From a virus, in the IMG/VR virus record IMGVR_UViG_3300009128_000002: 64,000 bases of DNA. One strand, written 5' to 3'. The position numbers were made by a program, and so were the translations under genes. Below the pieces are notes generated by a model. The model was not told where the DNA came from and did not search any database. It saw only the letters and a program-made list of their open reading frames with translations. Of this stretch, positions 1 to 9,386 are shown in pieces; position 1 is the stretch's first letter; each line of letters opens with the position of its first letter.

Positions 1-247
1 TCATAGGTGGAATAGTTATTACATAACCTTTTTCCATTATAGTTACGTGTGTTGAAGAATCTGACATATCCATAAATTCAATCTGTATTTTCCCTTCCAT
101 AATGACCCACGTTTCGGTTTTATTTTTATGGAAATGCATTGATGATTTATGACCTTTCTTGTAGAAGTGCAGTTCCTTCATACAATATTGCTCATTACTT
201 TCATGTATCAGTTCGTGTCCCCAACCCTTTTGAATTCTAGTCGACAT
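1..247 (-). CDS. Cupin-domain protein (sugar isomerase-like), truncated by window edge
   Basis: Own translation from ATG at 247: MSTRIQKGWGHELIHESNEQYCMKELHFYKKGHKSSMHFHKNKTETWVIMEG...; KGWGHE and SxHFHxxKxETW cupin motifs; overlaps the hldE stop. Confidence 0.75.
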   Translation of the reverse strand, partial: MSTRIQKGWGHELIHESNEQYCMKELHFYKKGHKSSMHFHKNKTETWVIMEGKIQIEFMDMSDSSTHVTIMEKGYVITIPPM

Positions 248-1484
248 CTTTAATCCTCTTAATCACATTTGTTGTACTCTTTCCTTCTAACGTTGGAAAT
301 ATAACAACTTCATCTACAATATCAGCACCTACAACAGTTTCAACTGTGTAGTCACCACCTTTCACTATCACGTTTGGTTTGATTTTTTTAATCAACTCAA
401 TTGGTGTGTCGTCATCAAAAATAACAACTTCATCGACACCATCAATTGCTTCTAAAATAAGTTTTCTATCTTCCTCATTGTTAATAGGGTTTCGTTTAAT
501 ACGCTCTACCGACTTATCACTGTTAATACCAACAATTAACCTATCTCCCAATTTAGCAGATTCCTTTAATAAGGCAATATGACCACTATGTATAATGTCG
601 AAACAACCGTTAGTAAACACAACCTTTTCAATAACATCTTCATATTTCGGAACAGCAGTACCAACTTTACCTACTACTACACCAGCCGCTTTGGTTGCCT
701 TTCTCATAGCAGTTTCAACACCTTCGTGTAAGAAAGAAGCAAACGTTGCTATAACAGTATCACCTGCTCCTGTAACATCATATACTTCTTTTGCTTCAGA
801 GTTTAATTTAATATGATTATCCTTATCTACCCATACCATTCCCTCAGCACCAAGGGTAACCAATATACCCTTTAAGTCTAAAAGAAAAACCACATCACGT
901 GCTAATTCTATACTAAATTCACCATACACTTCTTCAAACTCTTTCTTATTTGGTGTTAAGCAATAAGCACCTTTGTATTTTATCCAATCAGTACCTTTAG
1001 GGTCAATAATAACTGGACAAGAAAAATCCATTAAATAGTCTAAATACTCACCACATATAGTACCTTTATTATAGTCAGAAACGATAATAACATCAGGTTG
1101 ATAATCTATTGTGTTATTTTGTGGATATTCCACATTACCGTGATCAATACGTACTAATTGGTTTTTGTCCGACATAATTCTAATTTTAGTAATAGTCTTA
1201 TTTTCATAAGAATATCTAAAGTTATATTTAACGTCATTTTCTGTTAATTTATGTGTTAGGATCATAGAGCCTTTATCATACCCCACACACCCATATAACC
1301 TTGTATCGGGGGTAAATACCTTTGTGGCAAGTGCAACGTTGGCTGCACCACCAAGTCTATGAGAAACCGATATATCGTCCACTACTGGAACAGGTGCTTC
1401 TGGTGATATCCGTGTGCAACTGCCATTCCAGTATTCGTCCACCATTACATCACCAATAACTATAATTTTCTTTTCATTCATCAC
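237..1484 (-). CDS. hldE: Bifunctional heptose-7-phosphate kinase / heptose-1-phosphate adenylyltransferase (ADP-heptose synthase)
   Basis: RISPEAPVPV, GGAANVA, SDYNKG and DVTGAGDT (PfkB kinase), followed by FTNGCFDIIHSGH and KGGDY (adenylyltransferase). Confidence 0.93.
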   Translation of the reverse strand: MMNEKKIIVIGDVMVDEYWNGSCTRISPEAPVPVVDDISVSHRLGGAANVALATKVFTPDTRLYGCVGYDKGSMILTHKLTENDVKYNFRYSYENKTITKIRIMSDKNQLVRIDHGNVEYPQNNTIDYQPDVIIVSDYNKGTICGEYLDYLMDFSCPVIIDPKGTDWIKYKGAYCLTPNKKEFEEVYGEFSIELARDVVFLLDLKGILVTLGAEGMVWVDKDNHIKLNSEAKEVYDVTGAGDTVIATFASFLHEGVETAMRKATKAAGVVVGKVGTAVPKYEDVIEKVVFTNGCFDIIHSGHIALLKESAKLGDRLIVGINSDKSVERIKRNPINNEEDRKLILEAIDGVDEVVIFDDDTPIELIKKIKPNVIVKGGDYTVETVVGADIVDEVVIFPTLEGKSTTNVIKRIKDVD

Positions 1485-1499
1485 TAACTATCCATTTTA

Positions 1500-1507
1500 T
1501 ATAAATA
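1500..1507 (+). promoter_or_regulatory. T4-type late promoter TATAAATA
   Basis: Exact consensus upstream of the 1555 ORF and the neck genes. Confidence 0.7.
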
Positions 1508-1554
1508 TACCAATTACGTTAATATGTATAACGACAATATAACAAGGAAACCCT

Positions 1555-1809
1555 ATGGAAGATAAAGAAATTAGGGACTCGATTGATATTATGAAAGAAC
1601 GAATTACTAGACTTGAGGAGCAAATGAAAACTGTCTATAATAAGACAGAGGTCATTGAGGGTAAGGTAGATAAGTTACTTGAGCAGAGTTCATCACAAAA
1701 TGTCGATATCGCAACCAATCAAATACAGATTGGTAATGGTGAACGATTCTTTTGGTTAGTGGCATCTGCTGTTATTGGTTTAGTAATATATTGGATAAAG
1801 GGTGGATGA
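1555..1809 (+). CDS. Coiled-coil protein with C-terminal TM helix (XhlA/holin-like)
   Basis: RITRLEEQ coiled coil followed by FFWLVASAVIGLVIYWI; AAGGA RBS. Confidence 0.5.
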   Translation: MEDKEIRDSIDIMKERITRLEEQMKTVYNKTEVIEGKVDKLLEQSSSQNVDIATNQIQIGNGERFFWLVASAVIGLVIYWIKGG

Positions 1810-2167
1810 TGGTATGATTAGTTTTTTATTTGATTTAGAGATGCTTTTGGCAATACTAGGTGCTACACTTGGTATTGGTGGATTTTTATTTGCTCTAAAA
1901 CATCGAAAGTTTTATTCAGTTTATGCTCGTTCGTCAATACTACTAGGTGGTATTAGTTCGACACTTCATTCATACAATTTCGAGTTCATCAGACAAATAT
2001 TAGAACCGACAGATTTTGCTATTGCTTGTGTATTGATACAAGGTATGTTTAGTTTGTCTATTCTTGCATTCACATATACTATTTTACGTTTTAAGTGGAA
2101 GTGGCAAGTTGATGTAGAATCGCATTGCGACTATCAACATTGTAATCTAAAAAGGACTAATAAATAG
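1802..2167 (+). CDS. Hypothetical membrane protein (about 3 TM segments)
   Basis: Three hydrophobic stretches; true start may be ATG 1814. Confidence 0.55.
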   Translation: MDDGMISFLFDLEMLLAILGATLGIGGFLFALKHRKFYSVYARSSILLGGISSTLHSYNFEFIRQILEPTDFAIACVLIQGMFSLSILAFTYTILRFKWKWQVDVESHCDYQHCNLKRTNK

Positions 2168-2186
2168 TTAATATAAGAGAAGAATT

Positions 2187-3065
2187 ATGGCAAAGTTACA
2201 ATCAGCAACAGAATTAAAAGAATACGCATATCGTAGATTGGGTTATCCAAAGGTAGAAATACAAGTGGACGACACTCAAGCATATGACCGTATTGACGAT
2301 GCTATTCAATTATTCGTTGAACGACATTTCGATGGTGTTGAAGAAAAGTTTATTACAATTAGGTTTGTTGCTACAGATGAAGCAAACCAATACTTAACAT
2401 TAGATGATGGTATTGTTGCAGTTACACGTATTTATGAGCCTGGTGCATATTCTTCTGAAGCGATGAATGATGTTCGTTATAGAATTATGATGGATCAGAT
2501 GTTTGATATGACTAAAGTCAATATGCAATATTTTGAAATGACTATGCAACATTTAGATCTTATTTCTGATTACTTCAACCCAGACCGTACATTCACTTAC
2601 AATAAAGCAAATAATCGTTTATACTCTCATTCTGGAACTATTCTAGGTCCATCATGTAATGTTAAAGGTGTTTGTTCAGATACTTCTTACACAGACGAAA
2701 CTGCTTGTACAGGTGCTTCTGAAACTTGGACAGCATACGACACAGAATCTAAATGTACTACTGCTGGAAGCAAATGGTACAATGGTAGTAGAATTATTGT
2801 TAGGGCATTTGTTGCAGTTGAACCAGATGAATCTACATCATACGCACTTGACGTATATAACGACGAATGGATTAAAAAATATGTGACTGCATTACTTAAA
2901 AAGCAATGGGGTTCTAATATGAAGCAATTTGATGGTATGCCATTGCCTGGTGGAATTGTTGTAAATGGTCAACAGTTATTTGATGAAGCAAATGAAGAAA
3001 TTCAAAGATTAGAAGAAGAATTCTCATTGAATTACGAAATACCAACTAACTTTCTTGTAGGTTAA
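2187..3065 (+). CDS. gp13: Neck protein gp13 with a Cys-rich insertion
   Basis: LKEYAYRRLGYP, ERHFDGVE, WIKKYVTALLKKQWGSN and LPGG motifs; synteny with gp14/gp15. Confidence 0.9.
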   Translation: MAKLQSATELKEYAYRRLGYPKVEIQVDDTQAYDRIDDAIQLFVERHFDGVEEKFITIRFVATDEANQYLTLDDGIVAVTRIYEPGAYSSEAMNDVRYRIMMDQMFDMTKVNMQYFEMTMQHLDLISDYFNPDRTFTYNKANNRLYSHSGTILGPSCNVKGVCSDTSYTDETACTGASETWTAYDTESKCTTAGSKWYNGSRIIVRAFVAVEPDESTSYALDVYNDEWIKKYVTALLKKQWGSNMKQFDGMPLPGGIVVNGQQLFDEANEEIQRLEEEFSLNYEIPTNFLVG

Positions 3066-3069
3066 TATA

Positions 3070-3681
3070 ATGGGTATGTTCGACAATATGTCAAAATCAC
3101 CAATGATTAAATCAATGGTGGAAGAAATAGTACAAGTTATTGGGTTTGAAGCCAAGTACCTACCACGTAAGTACAAAAACTTAGATCCTATTTTTGGTGA
3201 GGATCCAACTTCACATTTTGATACTGTATGGACATTAAATATTCTTGTAGATGAATACCAAGATTATGGTGATATTGGTGACTTCTATTCAAAGTTTGGA
3301 GTACAAGTAACCGATGAAATGAAGGTATCTTTCACAAAGAAAGAGTTTGCAGAAGAAACAGTTTCTACAGATGATGATACACCAATTGCAGGTGATTTAT
3401 TATATTTTGGTGACCTAGAAGCATTATTTGAAGTAACGTTTGTTGGTAACGATTCTTCTTTTTACCCAACTCCCGATGGTCCACAACACGTTTGGCAAGT
3501 TAATCTTAAACCTTGGGAATATGACCACGAAAGTATTGATGTTACAGATACAGAAATTGAAGGTCTTGAAGCAGATATTCAAACTTCATTAAATAATGAA
3601 CTTAATACCCCTGATTGGGATTTAGAAGATGACGACGTTCTTAATTTTGAAGAAATGAACCCATTTGGAACAATAGGATAA
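3070..3681 (+). CDS. gp14: Neck protein gp14
   Basis: YLPR, FGED, SKFG and PxxGDLLYF motifs; synteny. Confidence 0.88.
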   Translation: MGMFDNMSKSPMIKSMVEEIVQVIGFEAKYLPRKYKNLDPIFGEDPTSHFDTVWTLNILVDEYQDYGDIGDFYSKFGVQVTDEMKVSFTKKEFAEETVSTDDDTPIAGDLLYFGDLEALFEVTFVGNDSSFYPTPDGPQHVWQVNLKPWEYDHESIDVTDTEIEGLEADIQTSLNNELNTPDWDLEDDDVLNFEEMNPFGTIG

Positions 3682-3685
3682 TATT

Positions 3686-4501
3686 ATGTTTGGTACTACT
3701 TTTTATCACGGTTCTACTCGTAAACTTATTGTTGCTTTTGCTTCAGTATTTAATAATATTCACGTCCAAAGAAAAGAATCAGATGGTACTTTAATTAAAG
3801 ATATTAAAGTTCCTATTGCATATGAATCACAAAAGAAATATCTTGCTAGATTAATTAAAGATACCAAAAAGAATCGTCAAGTTCCACGTATGGGATTTAT
3901 TATGAATGGTGTTGAAATTGATTTAACACGTGCCGGTAATCAAATGAATGAATATCGTTATGACCATGAAGATTCAGATAAAGCATACAAACACTTTTCT
4001 CCTATCCCATATAATTTTAACTTTACGTTAGATATTTACGTAGATTATATGGACGATGGTTTACAAATAATTGAACAAATATTACCTTATTTTCAACCAG
4101 ATTTTAATGTTGTTATTGAAGAAGTACCACAACTTAATGTAGAACGTGATGTTCCTATTGTACTTAGTGGTGTTACTATGACTGATGAATTTGAAGGTGA
4201 TTTCGGTGAACATCGTATTGTAAATTGGACATTAGATTTTGTAATGAAGGGTAATATGTATCCACCTATTACAGATGGTAAAATTATTAAAGAAATCATT
4301 GCAAACTACAAACTTGCAGGTGATGATGGTGATTTTGATTTGACAAATGCACCAATTATGGAACAAGTTAAAGAATCAGTTGATCCATTAACTGCTGGTG
4401 TAAATGACGTCTGGACAACTAAAGTTGAAGTTGGTCATCCAGATAACCCAGACGATTCTACAGATACAGACACAGTGACCGAAGTTAATTGGCCTGTTTA
4501 A
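3686..4501 (+). CDS. gp15: Tail sheath stabiliser / terminator gp15
   Basis: FYHxxxRKxxxAFxxxFNNI, VPIAY, PRMGF and QIIEQILPYFQP motifs. Confidence 0.92.
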   Translation: MFGTTFYHGSTRKLIVAFASVFNNIHVQRKESDGTLIKDIKVPIAYESQKKYLARLIKDTKKNRQVPRMGFIMNGVEIDLTRAGNQMNEYRYDHEDSDKAYKHFSPIPYNFNFTLDIYVDYMDDGLQIIEQILPYFQPDFNVVIEEVPQLNVERDVPIVLSGVTMTDEFEGDFGEHRIVNWTLDFVMKGNMYPPITDGKIIKEIIANYKLAGDDGDFDLTNAPIMEQVKESVDPLTAGVNDVWTTKVEVGHPDNPDDSTDTDTVTEVNWPV

Positions 4502-4516
4502 TTATGGAATTATATT

Positions 4517-4996
4517 ATGACAAAGAAAACCATTGCAGAAAAACTTGATGAGGAGTTAGGTTTAGCAGATGATATTATTGCTGAATTTGAACACCCAGAA
4601 ACCGTAGAAGTAACCGAAGTTGAAGTTTTAAGTTCAGGTAAGGAACGTGGTATTGCACCTAGAGTTGAAGTTAAGTCTAATGCAGATACAGGTGATTTGA
4701 ATGTCGATTATGAATATGCTAGAGATAATTTATACAATTTAGTCGAACGTGGAAACGAAGCACTAGAAGGTATTGTTAAGTTAGCAAAAGAAATGGAACA
4801 TCCAAGAGCATACGAAGTTGCTGGTGGATTAATAAAGACAGTAACAGATTCAACTATGGAGTTGATGAAAATACAGAAAGAATTACAGATTATGAAAGGG
4901 GAAAAACCAAGCGGTAATACGACCACTCATAATAATCTATATGTTGGTTCGACTGCCGATTTACAAGCAATGTTAAAGGGCAAAGATATAAAATGA
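4517..4996 (+). CDS. gp16: Terminase small subunit gp16
   Basis: DYEYARDNL, HPRAYEV and NNLYVGSTADL motifs. Confidence 0.9.
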   Translation: MTKKTIAEKLDEELGLADDIIAEFEHPETVEVTEVEVLSSGKERGIAPRVEVKSNADTGDLNVDYEYARDNLYNLVERGNEALEGIVKLAKEMEHPRAYEVAGGLIKTVTDSTMELMKIQKELQIMKGEKPSGNTTTHNNLYVGSTADLQAMLKGKDIK

Positions 4997-5316
4997 CAAA
5001 TTTAAACCAACAAATTAAAAACGAAGTATTATATAAACATAGACGAGAAACACGATTACAATCATTAGGTATGGTTGTTGGTATCGCAGGTACAATGTTC
5101 ATTGCTATGAATATTATGGACGTTATAAAAGAAGTCAAAACATTACACGACAATCAAGATAAGATATTATCATTTGTACAAGAAAGAAAAGAAATGCCAG
5201 AAAAAGTGAGGAACTTTGCTAGACAAGAAATATTGAAACACGAAGCAGGTGATATGTCAAGATGGAAGAAAGTAAATAAAAGATTAGATGTATTAGAGGA
5301 TAAATATAATGAATGA
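4993..5316 (+). CDS. Hypothetical single-TM protein
   Basis: Hydrophobic LGMVVGIAGTMFIAMNIM segment; translationally coupled to gp16. Confidence 0.55.
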   Translation: MTNLNQQIKNEVLYKHRRETRLQSLGMVVGIAGTMFIAMNIMDVIKEVKTLHDNQDKILSFVQERKEMPEKVRNFARQEILKHEAGDMSRWKKVNKRLDVLEDKYNE

Positions 5317-5506
5317 AAACCAAAAAGCAAAATTTATTAGTCAATGCGTCGCAATGTCCCCTTGTCCAAACCCAAATAACCACAAAATGAATAATGATTT
5401 TACTGGTTGTGAAATATGCAAACTATCTATTGAAGAATTACAAAAATGGGAGTCATATACTGACGAAGAACGTGAAGTTATTTGTAATGATATTTTAGAT
5501 AGGTAA
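5309..5506 (+). CDS. DUF1289-like small Cys-rich protein
   Basis: SPC...CxxC...EExxxWxxYTDEER pattern. Confidence 0.55.
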   Translation: MNENQKAKFISQCVAMSPCPNPNNHKMNNDFTGCEICKLSIEELQKWESYTDEEREVICNDILDR

Positions 5507-5530
5507 CTAAAATAAAGGTTAATTTATATT

Positions 5531-7120
5531 ATGGCAAAGACAATATATCTCGGTAATCCAAACCTTAAACGTCAAAACGTCGATATTGACTACACCGAAG
5601 AACAAATCAAAGAATATGTGAAGTGTAGGGACGACCCTATTTACTTTGTAAAGAACTACATTCATATTGTAAACCTTGATAAAGGTTTGATGAAATTTGA
5701 ATTGTATCCGTTCCAAGAAAAACTTATTAATACACTTTACGAATCACGTTTCACAATTGTTAAGTGTCCACGTCAGTCGGGTAAATCGCAAACATCACTT
5801 GCGTTTATGCTTCATTATGTTCTTTTCAATGACCAAAAGAATATTGCTATTCTTGCAAATAAATCAGCAACGTCACGTGAATTGCTTGGACGCCTTCAAA
5901 TGGCATATGAAAAATTGCCGATGTGGTTACAGCAAGGTGTGATGGAATGGAACAAAGGTTCTATTGAACTTGAAAACGGTTCTAGAATTATGGCCGGTTC
6001 TACATCATCCAGTTCAATTCGTGGTTATTCATTTAACTTGATTTTCCTTGATGAGTTTGCGTTCGTACAACAAAGTATGGCAGAAGATTTCTTCCGTTCA
6101 GTATATCCTACAATTTCTTCAGGTAAAGATTCTAAAGTAATCATTGTATCAACACCTAATGGTATGAACCATTTCTATAAAATGTGGATGGACGCTGTTG
6201 AAAAAAGAAACACATACAAAGCATTTGAAATTAATTACTGGGACGTTCCTGGCCGTGATGATAAATGGAGGGAAGAAACAATTCAAAACACGTCTGAAGA
6301 ACAATTTAAACAAGAATTTGAATGTGAATTCTTAGGTTCTGCAGGTACGTTAATTGCTCCTGCTAAATTACATTCTTTGGTGATGAAAGATCCTATCTAT
6401 ACGAAAGATGAATTAAAAGTTTATGAAGAAACTGTTGAAGGTAACTCTTATGTAATTGCTATTGATGTTGCTGAAGGTAGGGGTCAAGACTATTCAACAA
6501 TGAATATTATTGATGTTTCTAAATTACCATTTAAACAAGTTGCCACTTATAGGTCAAACGAAATTTCACCATTATTATTTCCACATTATATTATGACTAC
6601 TGCAGAGGCTTATAATAATGCTACTGTTATTATTGAATCAAATGGTCCTGGCGCTGAAGTTGCCAATATTCTTCATTATGATTTAGAATATGATAATACT
6701 ATTAATGAATCTGGTGTTCATAATAAACTTGGTCGTAAAATGACAAGTAGGGTTAAAGCAATTGGTTGTTCTAATTTGAAGGATTTAATCGAGCAAGATA
6801 AATTGATTATTAATGATATGAGTACAATTTCAGAATTATCAATGTTTATTGTTAAAGGAAAGTCTTGGGCCGCAGAAGGTAATGGACACGATGATATGGT
6901 AATGGGTCTTGTTATGTTTGGGTGGTTATCTACTCAACCAGAATTCAAAGAATTGACTGATATGGAACTACGTGTTCGTTTATATCAAACTAAAATTAAT
7001 CAAATCGAACAAGATTTAGCACCATTTGGTTTTATAGATGACGGAGGTACTGAAGAAGTTCTTGTAGAGGGGGGTGAGGTATGGACAACACAAGAAGAGT
7101 TTGGTAACATATTGTTTTAA
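5531..7120 (+). CDS. gp17: Terminase large subunit gp17
   Basis: YLGNPNLK, PRQSGKS (Walker A), LDEFAF (Walker B), STPNG, DVAEGRGQDYS and HDDMVM. Confidence 0.97.
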   Translation: MAKTIYLGNPNLKRQNVDIDYTEEQIKEYVKCRDDPIYFVKNYIHIVNLDKGLMKFELYPFQEKLINTLYESRFTIVKCPRQSGKSQTSLAFMLHYVLFNDQKNIAILANKSATSRELLGRLQMAYEKLPMWLQQGVMEWNKGSIELENGSRIMAGSTSSSSIRGYSFNLIFLDEFAFVQQSMAEDFFRSVYPTISSGKDSKVIIVSTPNGMNHFYKMWMDAVEKRNTYKAFEINYWDVPGRDDKWREETIQNTSEEQFKQEFECEFLGSAGTLIAPAKLHSLVMKDPIYTKDELKVYEETVEGNSYVIAIDVAEGRGQDYSTMNIIDVSKLPFKQVATYRSNEISPLLFPHYIMTTAEAYNNATVIIESNGPGAEVANILHYDLEYDNTINESGVHNKLGRKMTSRVKAIGCSNLKDLIEQDKLIINDMSTISELSMFIVKGKSWAAEGNGHDDMVMGLVMFGWLSTQPEFKELTDMELRVRLYQTKINQIEQDLAPFGFIDDGGTEEVLVEGGEVWTTQEEFGNILF

Positions 7121-7132
7121 AAACTCCTATTT

Positions 7133-7140
7133 TATAAATA
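7133..7140 (+). promoter_or_regulatory. Late promoter TATAAATA for gp18
   Basis: Exact consensus in the intergenic gap. Confidence 0.8.
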
Positions 7141-7193
7141 ATAGTATCGAAATAATAATGTTTCGACAAATTTATTTTATTTAATATAGGAGA

Positions 7194-8807
7194 ATGACAA
7201 TGGGATTTCAATTAAGTCCAGGCGTTCAAACGAAAGAAATCGATTTGAGTACGTCTATCCCTGCAGTTGCTACTAGCCTTGGTGCTACAGTTGGTCGTTT
7301 CACTTGGGGCCCTTGCTTTGATGCAACTTTAGTGGTTTCAGAGAGCAATCTAATTAGTACCTTTGGTAAACCAGATGCAACTTCATACCCAGCGTTTTTA
7401 ACTTCTGCGGCTTTCTTATCTTATGCAAATTCACTACAAGTTGTACGTGTAGTTGATGCTACTGCTACAAATGCTAACGCATCTGGAACAGGTGTTTTGA
7501 TTAAGAATTCTGAAGATTTTGAAACACAAATGGATTCAGGTACATTAACAGAAGATTTTTATGCACGTTACCCAGGCGAATATGGTAACTCAATTACAGT
7601 TGAAACATCAGACGAAACTGGTTATGCCACTTGGTCATATGCTGGTGCATTTGATGTATCACCTAGTTCATCAAATGATGAAATGGCAATTGCTGTTTTA
7701 GTTGATGGTGAAGTTGCAGAAGCACATATCGTTTCTTTAACTGATGGTAATGTGAATGCAGACGGAAATAATATTTTCGTTGAAAAGGTTATTAACGATA
7801 CATCAAAGTTAATTTTAGCAGTTAGTAGCAACATCACTAATGGTGTAAATAGTGTTGTTTTTGCTGATGGTGTTGATACTGGTGTTGGTGAAGACGACTA
7901 CAAATTAGGTTGGGACGAGTTATCTAATGCTGATGATATAAACGTTTCTATCTTAATTGCTGGTGGTGTTTCTAATGAACCTAAAGCAGTATGTTATGCT
8001 GTTGAAAAGTATATGGTTGAACAAGTTGCAGAACAACGTAAAGATTGTATGGCGATGCTTTCGCCTGCTAAAGAAGACGTAGTAAATGTTGGTGGAGCAT
8101 CTAATGCTGTTGCAAACGTTATTGCTTCACGTAAAGATACATCGTTTAACGTTGCTTCATCTTACGGTTCTTTAGACGCAAACTACAAGTACACATATGA
8201 CAAGTATAATGATACTTATCGTTGGATTGGCTTTAGTGGTGATACTGCAGGTCTACTTGCATACACTGATGCAAATCGTGACGCTTGGTGGTCACCTGCT
8301 GGTCTAAACCGTGGTCAAATTAAAGGTGTAGTTAAGTTGGCATACAACCCATCTACTGCTCATCGTGACCAATTGTATATGCTTCCGAATGGTATTAACC
8401 CAATTGTTTCTTTCCCAGGCCAAGGTACTGTACTTTGGGGTGATAGAACTTTACTTACAAAACCTTCTGCATTTGATAGAATCAATGTTCGTAGATTGTT
8501 TATTGTACTTGAGAAAGCAATTGCAATTTCTGCTAAGTATTTCTTGTTTGAGTTTAATAACAAGTACACTCGTAGAAACTTCGTAAATATGGTAAACCCA
8601 TTCCTTGCAGGAATTAAGGGTAAACAAGGTATGTACGACTTTTATGTTCAATGTGACGAAACTAACAACACTCCTGAAGTTATCGATGGTAACCAGTTTG
8701 TTGCAAGTATGTTCATTAAACCATCAAAATCAATTAACTACATTACGTTGAATTTTGTTGCAACTAAAACTGGCGTTGACTTCTCTGAAGTTATCGGTCA
8801 GGTATAA
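7194..8807 (+). CDS. gp18: Tail sheath protein gp18
   Basis: LSPGVQTKEID, WWSPAGLNRG and FDRINVRRLF motifs. Confidence 0.96.
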   Translation: MTMGFQLSPGVQTKEIDLSTSIPAVATSLGATVGRFTWGPCFDATLVVSESNLISTFGKPDATSYPAFLTSAAFLSYANSLQVVRVVDATATNANASGTGVLIKNSEDFETQMDSGTLTEDFYARYPGEYGNSITVETSDETGYATWSYAGAFDVSPSSSNDEMAIAVLVDGEVAEAHIVSLTDGNVNADGNNIFVEKVINDTSKLILAVSSNITNGVNSVVFADGVDTGVGEDDYKLGWDELSNADDINVSILIAGGVSNEPKAVCYAVEKYMVEQVAEQRKDCMAMLSPAKEDVVNVGGASNAVANVIASRKDTSFNVASSYGSLDANYKYTYDKYNDTYRWIGFSGDTAGLLAYTDANRDAWWSPAGLNRGQIKGVVKLAYNPSTAHRDQLYMLPNGINPIVSFPGQGTVLWGDRTLLTKPSAFDRINVRRLFIVLEKAIAISAKYFLFEFNNKYTRRNFVNMVNPFLAGIKGKQGMYDFYVQCDETNNTPEVIDGNQFVASMFIKPSKSINYITLNFVATKTGVDFSEVIGQV

Positions 8808-8822
8808 TATAGGAGAATTGAA

Positions 8823-9335
8823 ATGAATTACGATAACTTTAGTTCACAACTCCAAAGTGGTTCTTCTAACTATGCACGCCCTAATCTGTTTGAAGTATCT
8901 ATTGGGTTAGCAGGTCAGGATCAAACGTTTGTATGTAAAGCCGCTTCTTTACCAGCAACTTCTGTTGGTATTGTTGAAGTTCCATATCAGAACCGTAAAT
9001 TAAAAGTTCCTGGCGACAGAACGTTCCAAGACTGGACTGTTACTATTATCAACGACGAGAGAATGTCAATCAGACACCAGTTATTAGAGTGGCAATCAGA
9101 GATCCAAGGTTTCCATTCTTTTGGTAGTGATGGCAACACACCTGATGATCATCATAGGACTTTAACAGTTACACCTAAAGATAGAGCATTAGGTGACTTG
9201 CTAGATTCAGAAGTTGACCTTTACGGTTGGCCTTCAGAGATTGGTGCTATTGACCTTTCTTGGGAAACTACTGATGCTGTTCAAGAGTACACTGTTACTT
9301 TCTCTATTACTCACGATAATAGTGGTAACAACTAA
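8823..9335 (+). CDS. gp19: Tail tube protein gp19
   Basis: ARPNLFEV, CKAASLP and GDRTFQDWTVTIIND motifs. Confidence 0.94.
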   Translation: MNYDNFSSQLQSGSSNYARPNLFEVSIGLAGQDQTFVCKAASLPATSVGIVEVPYQNRKLKVPGDRTFQDWTVTIINDERMSIRHQLLEWQSEIQGFHSFGSDGNTPDDHHRTLTVTPKDRALGDLLDSEVDLYGWPSEIGAIDLSWETTDAVQEYTVTFSITHDNSGNN

Positions 9336-9347
9336 TCTATAAACTGT

Positions 9348-9355
9348 TATAAATA
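9348..9355 (+). promoter_or_regulatory. Late promoter TATAAATA for gp20
   Basis: Exact consensus in the intergenic gap. Confidence 0.78.
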
Positions 9356-9386
9356 TTATTACAATATTATACAGTTAAGGTAAGTT

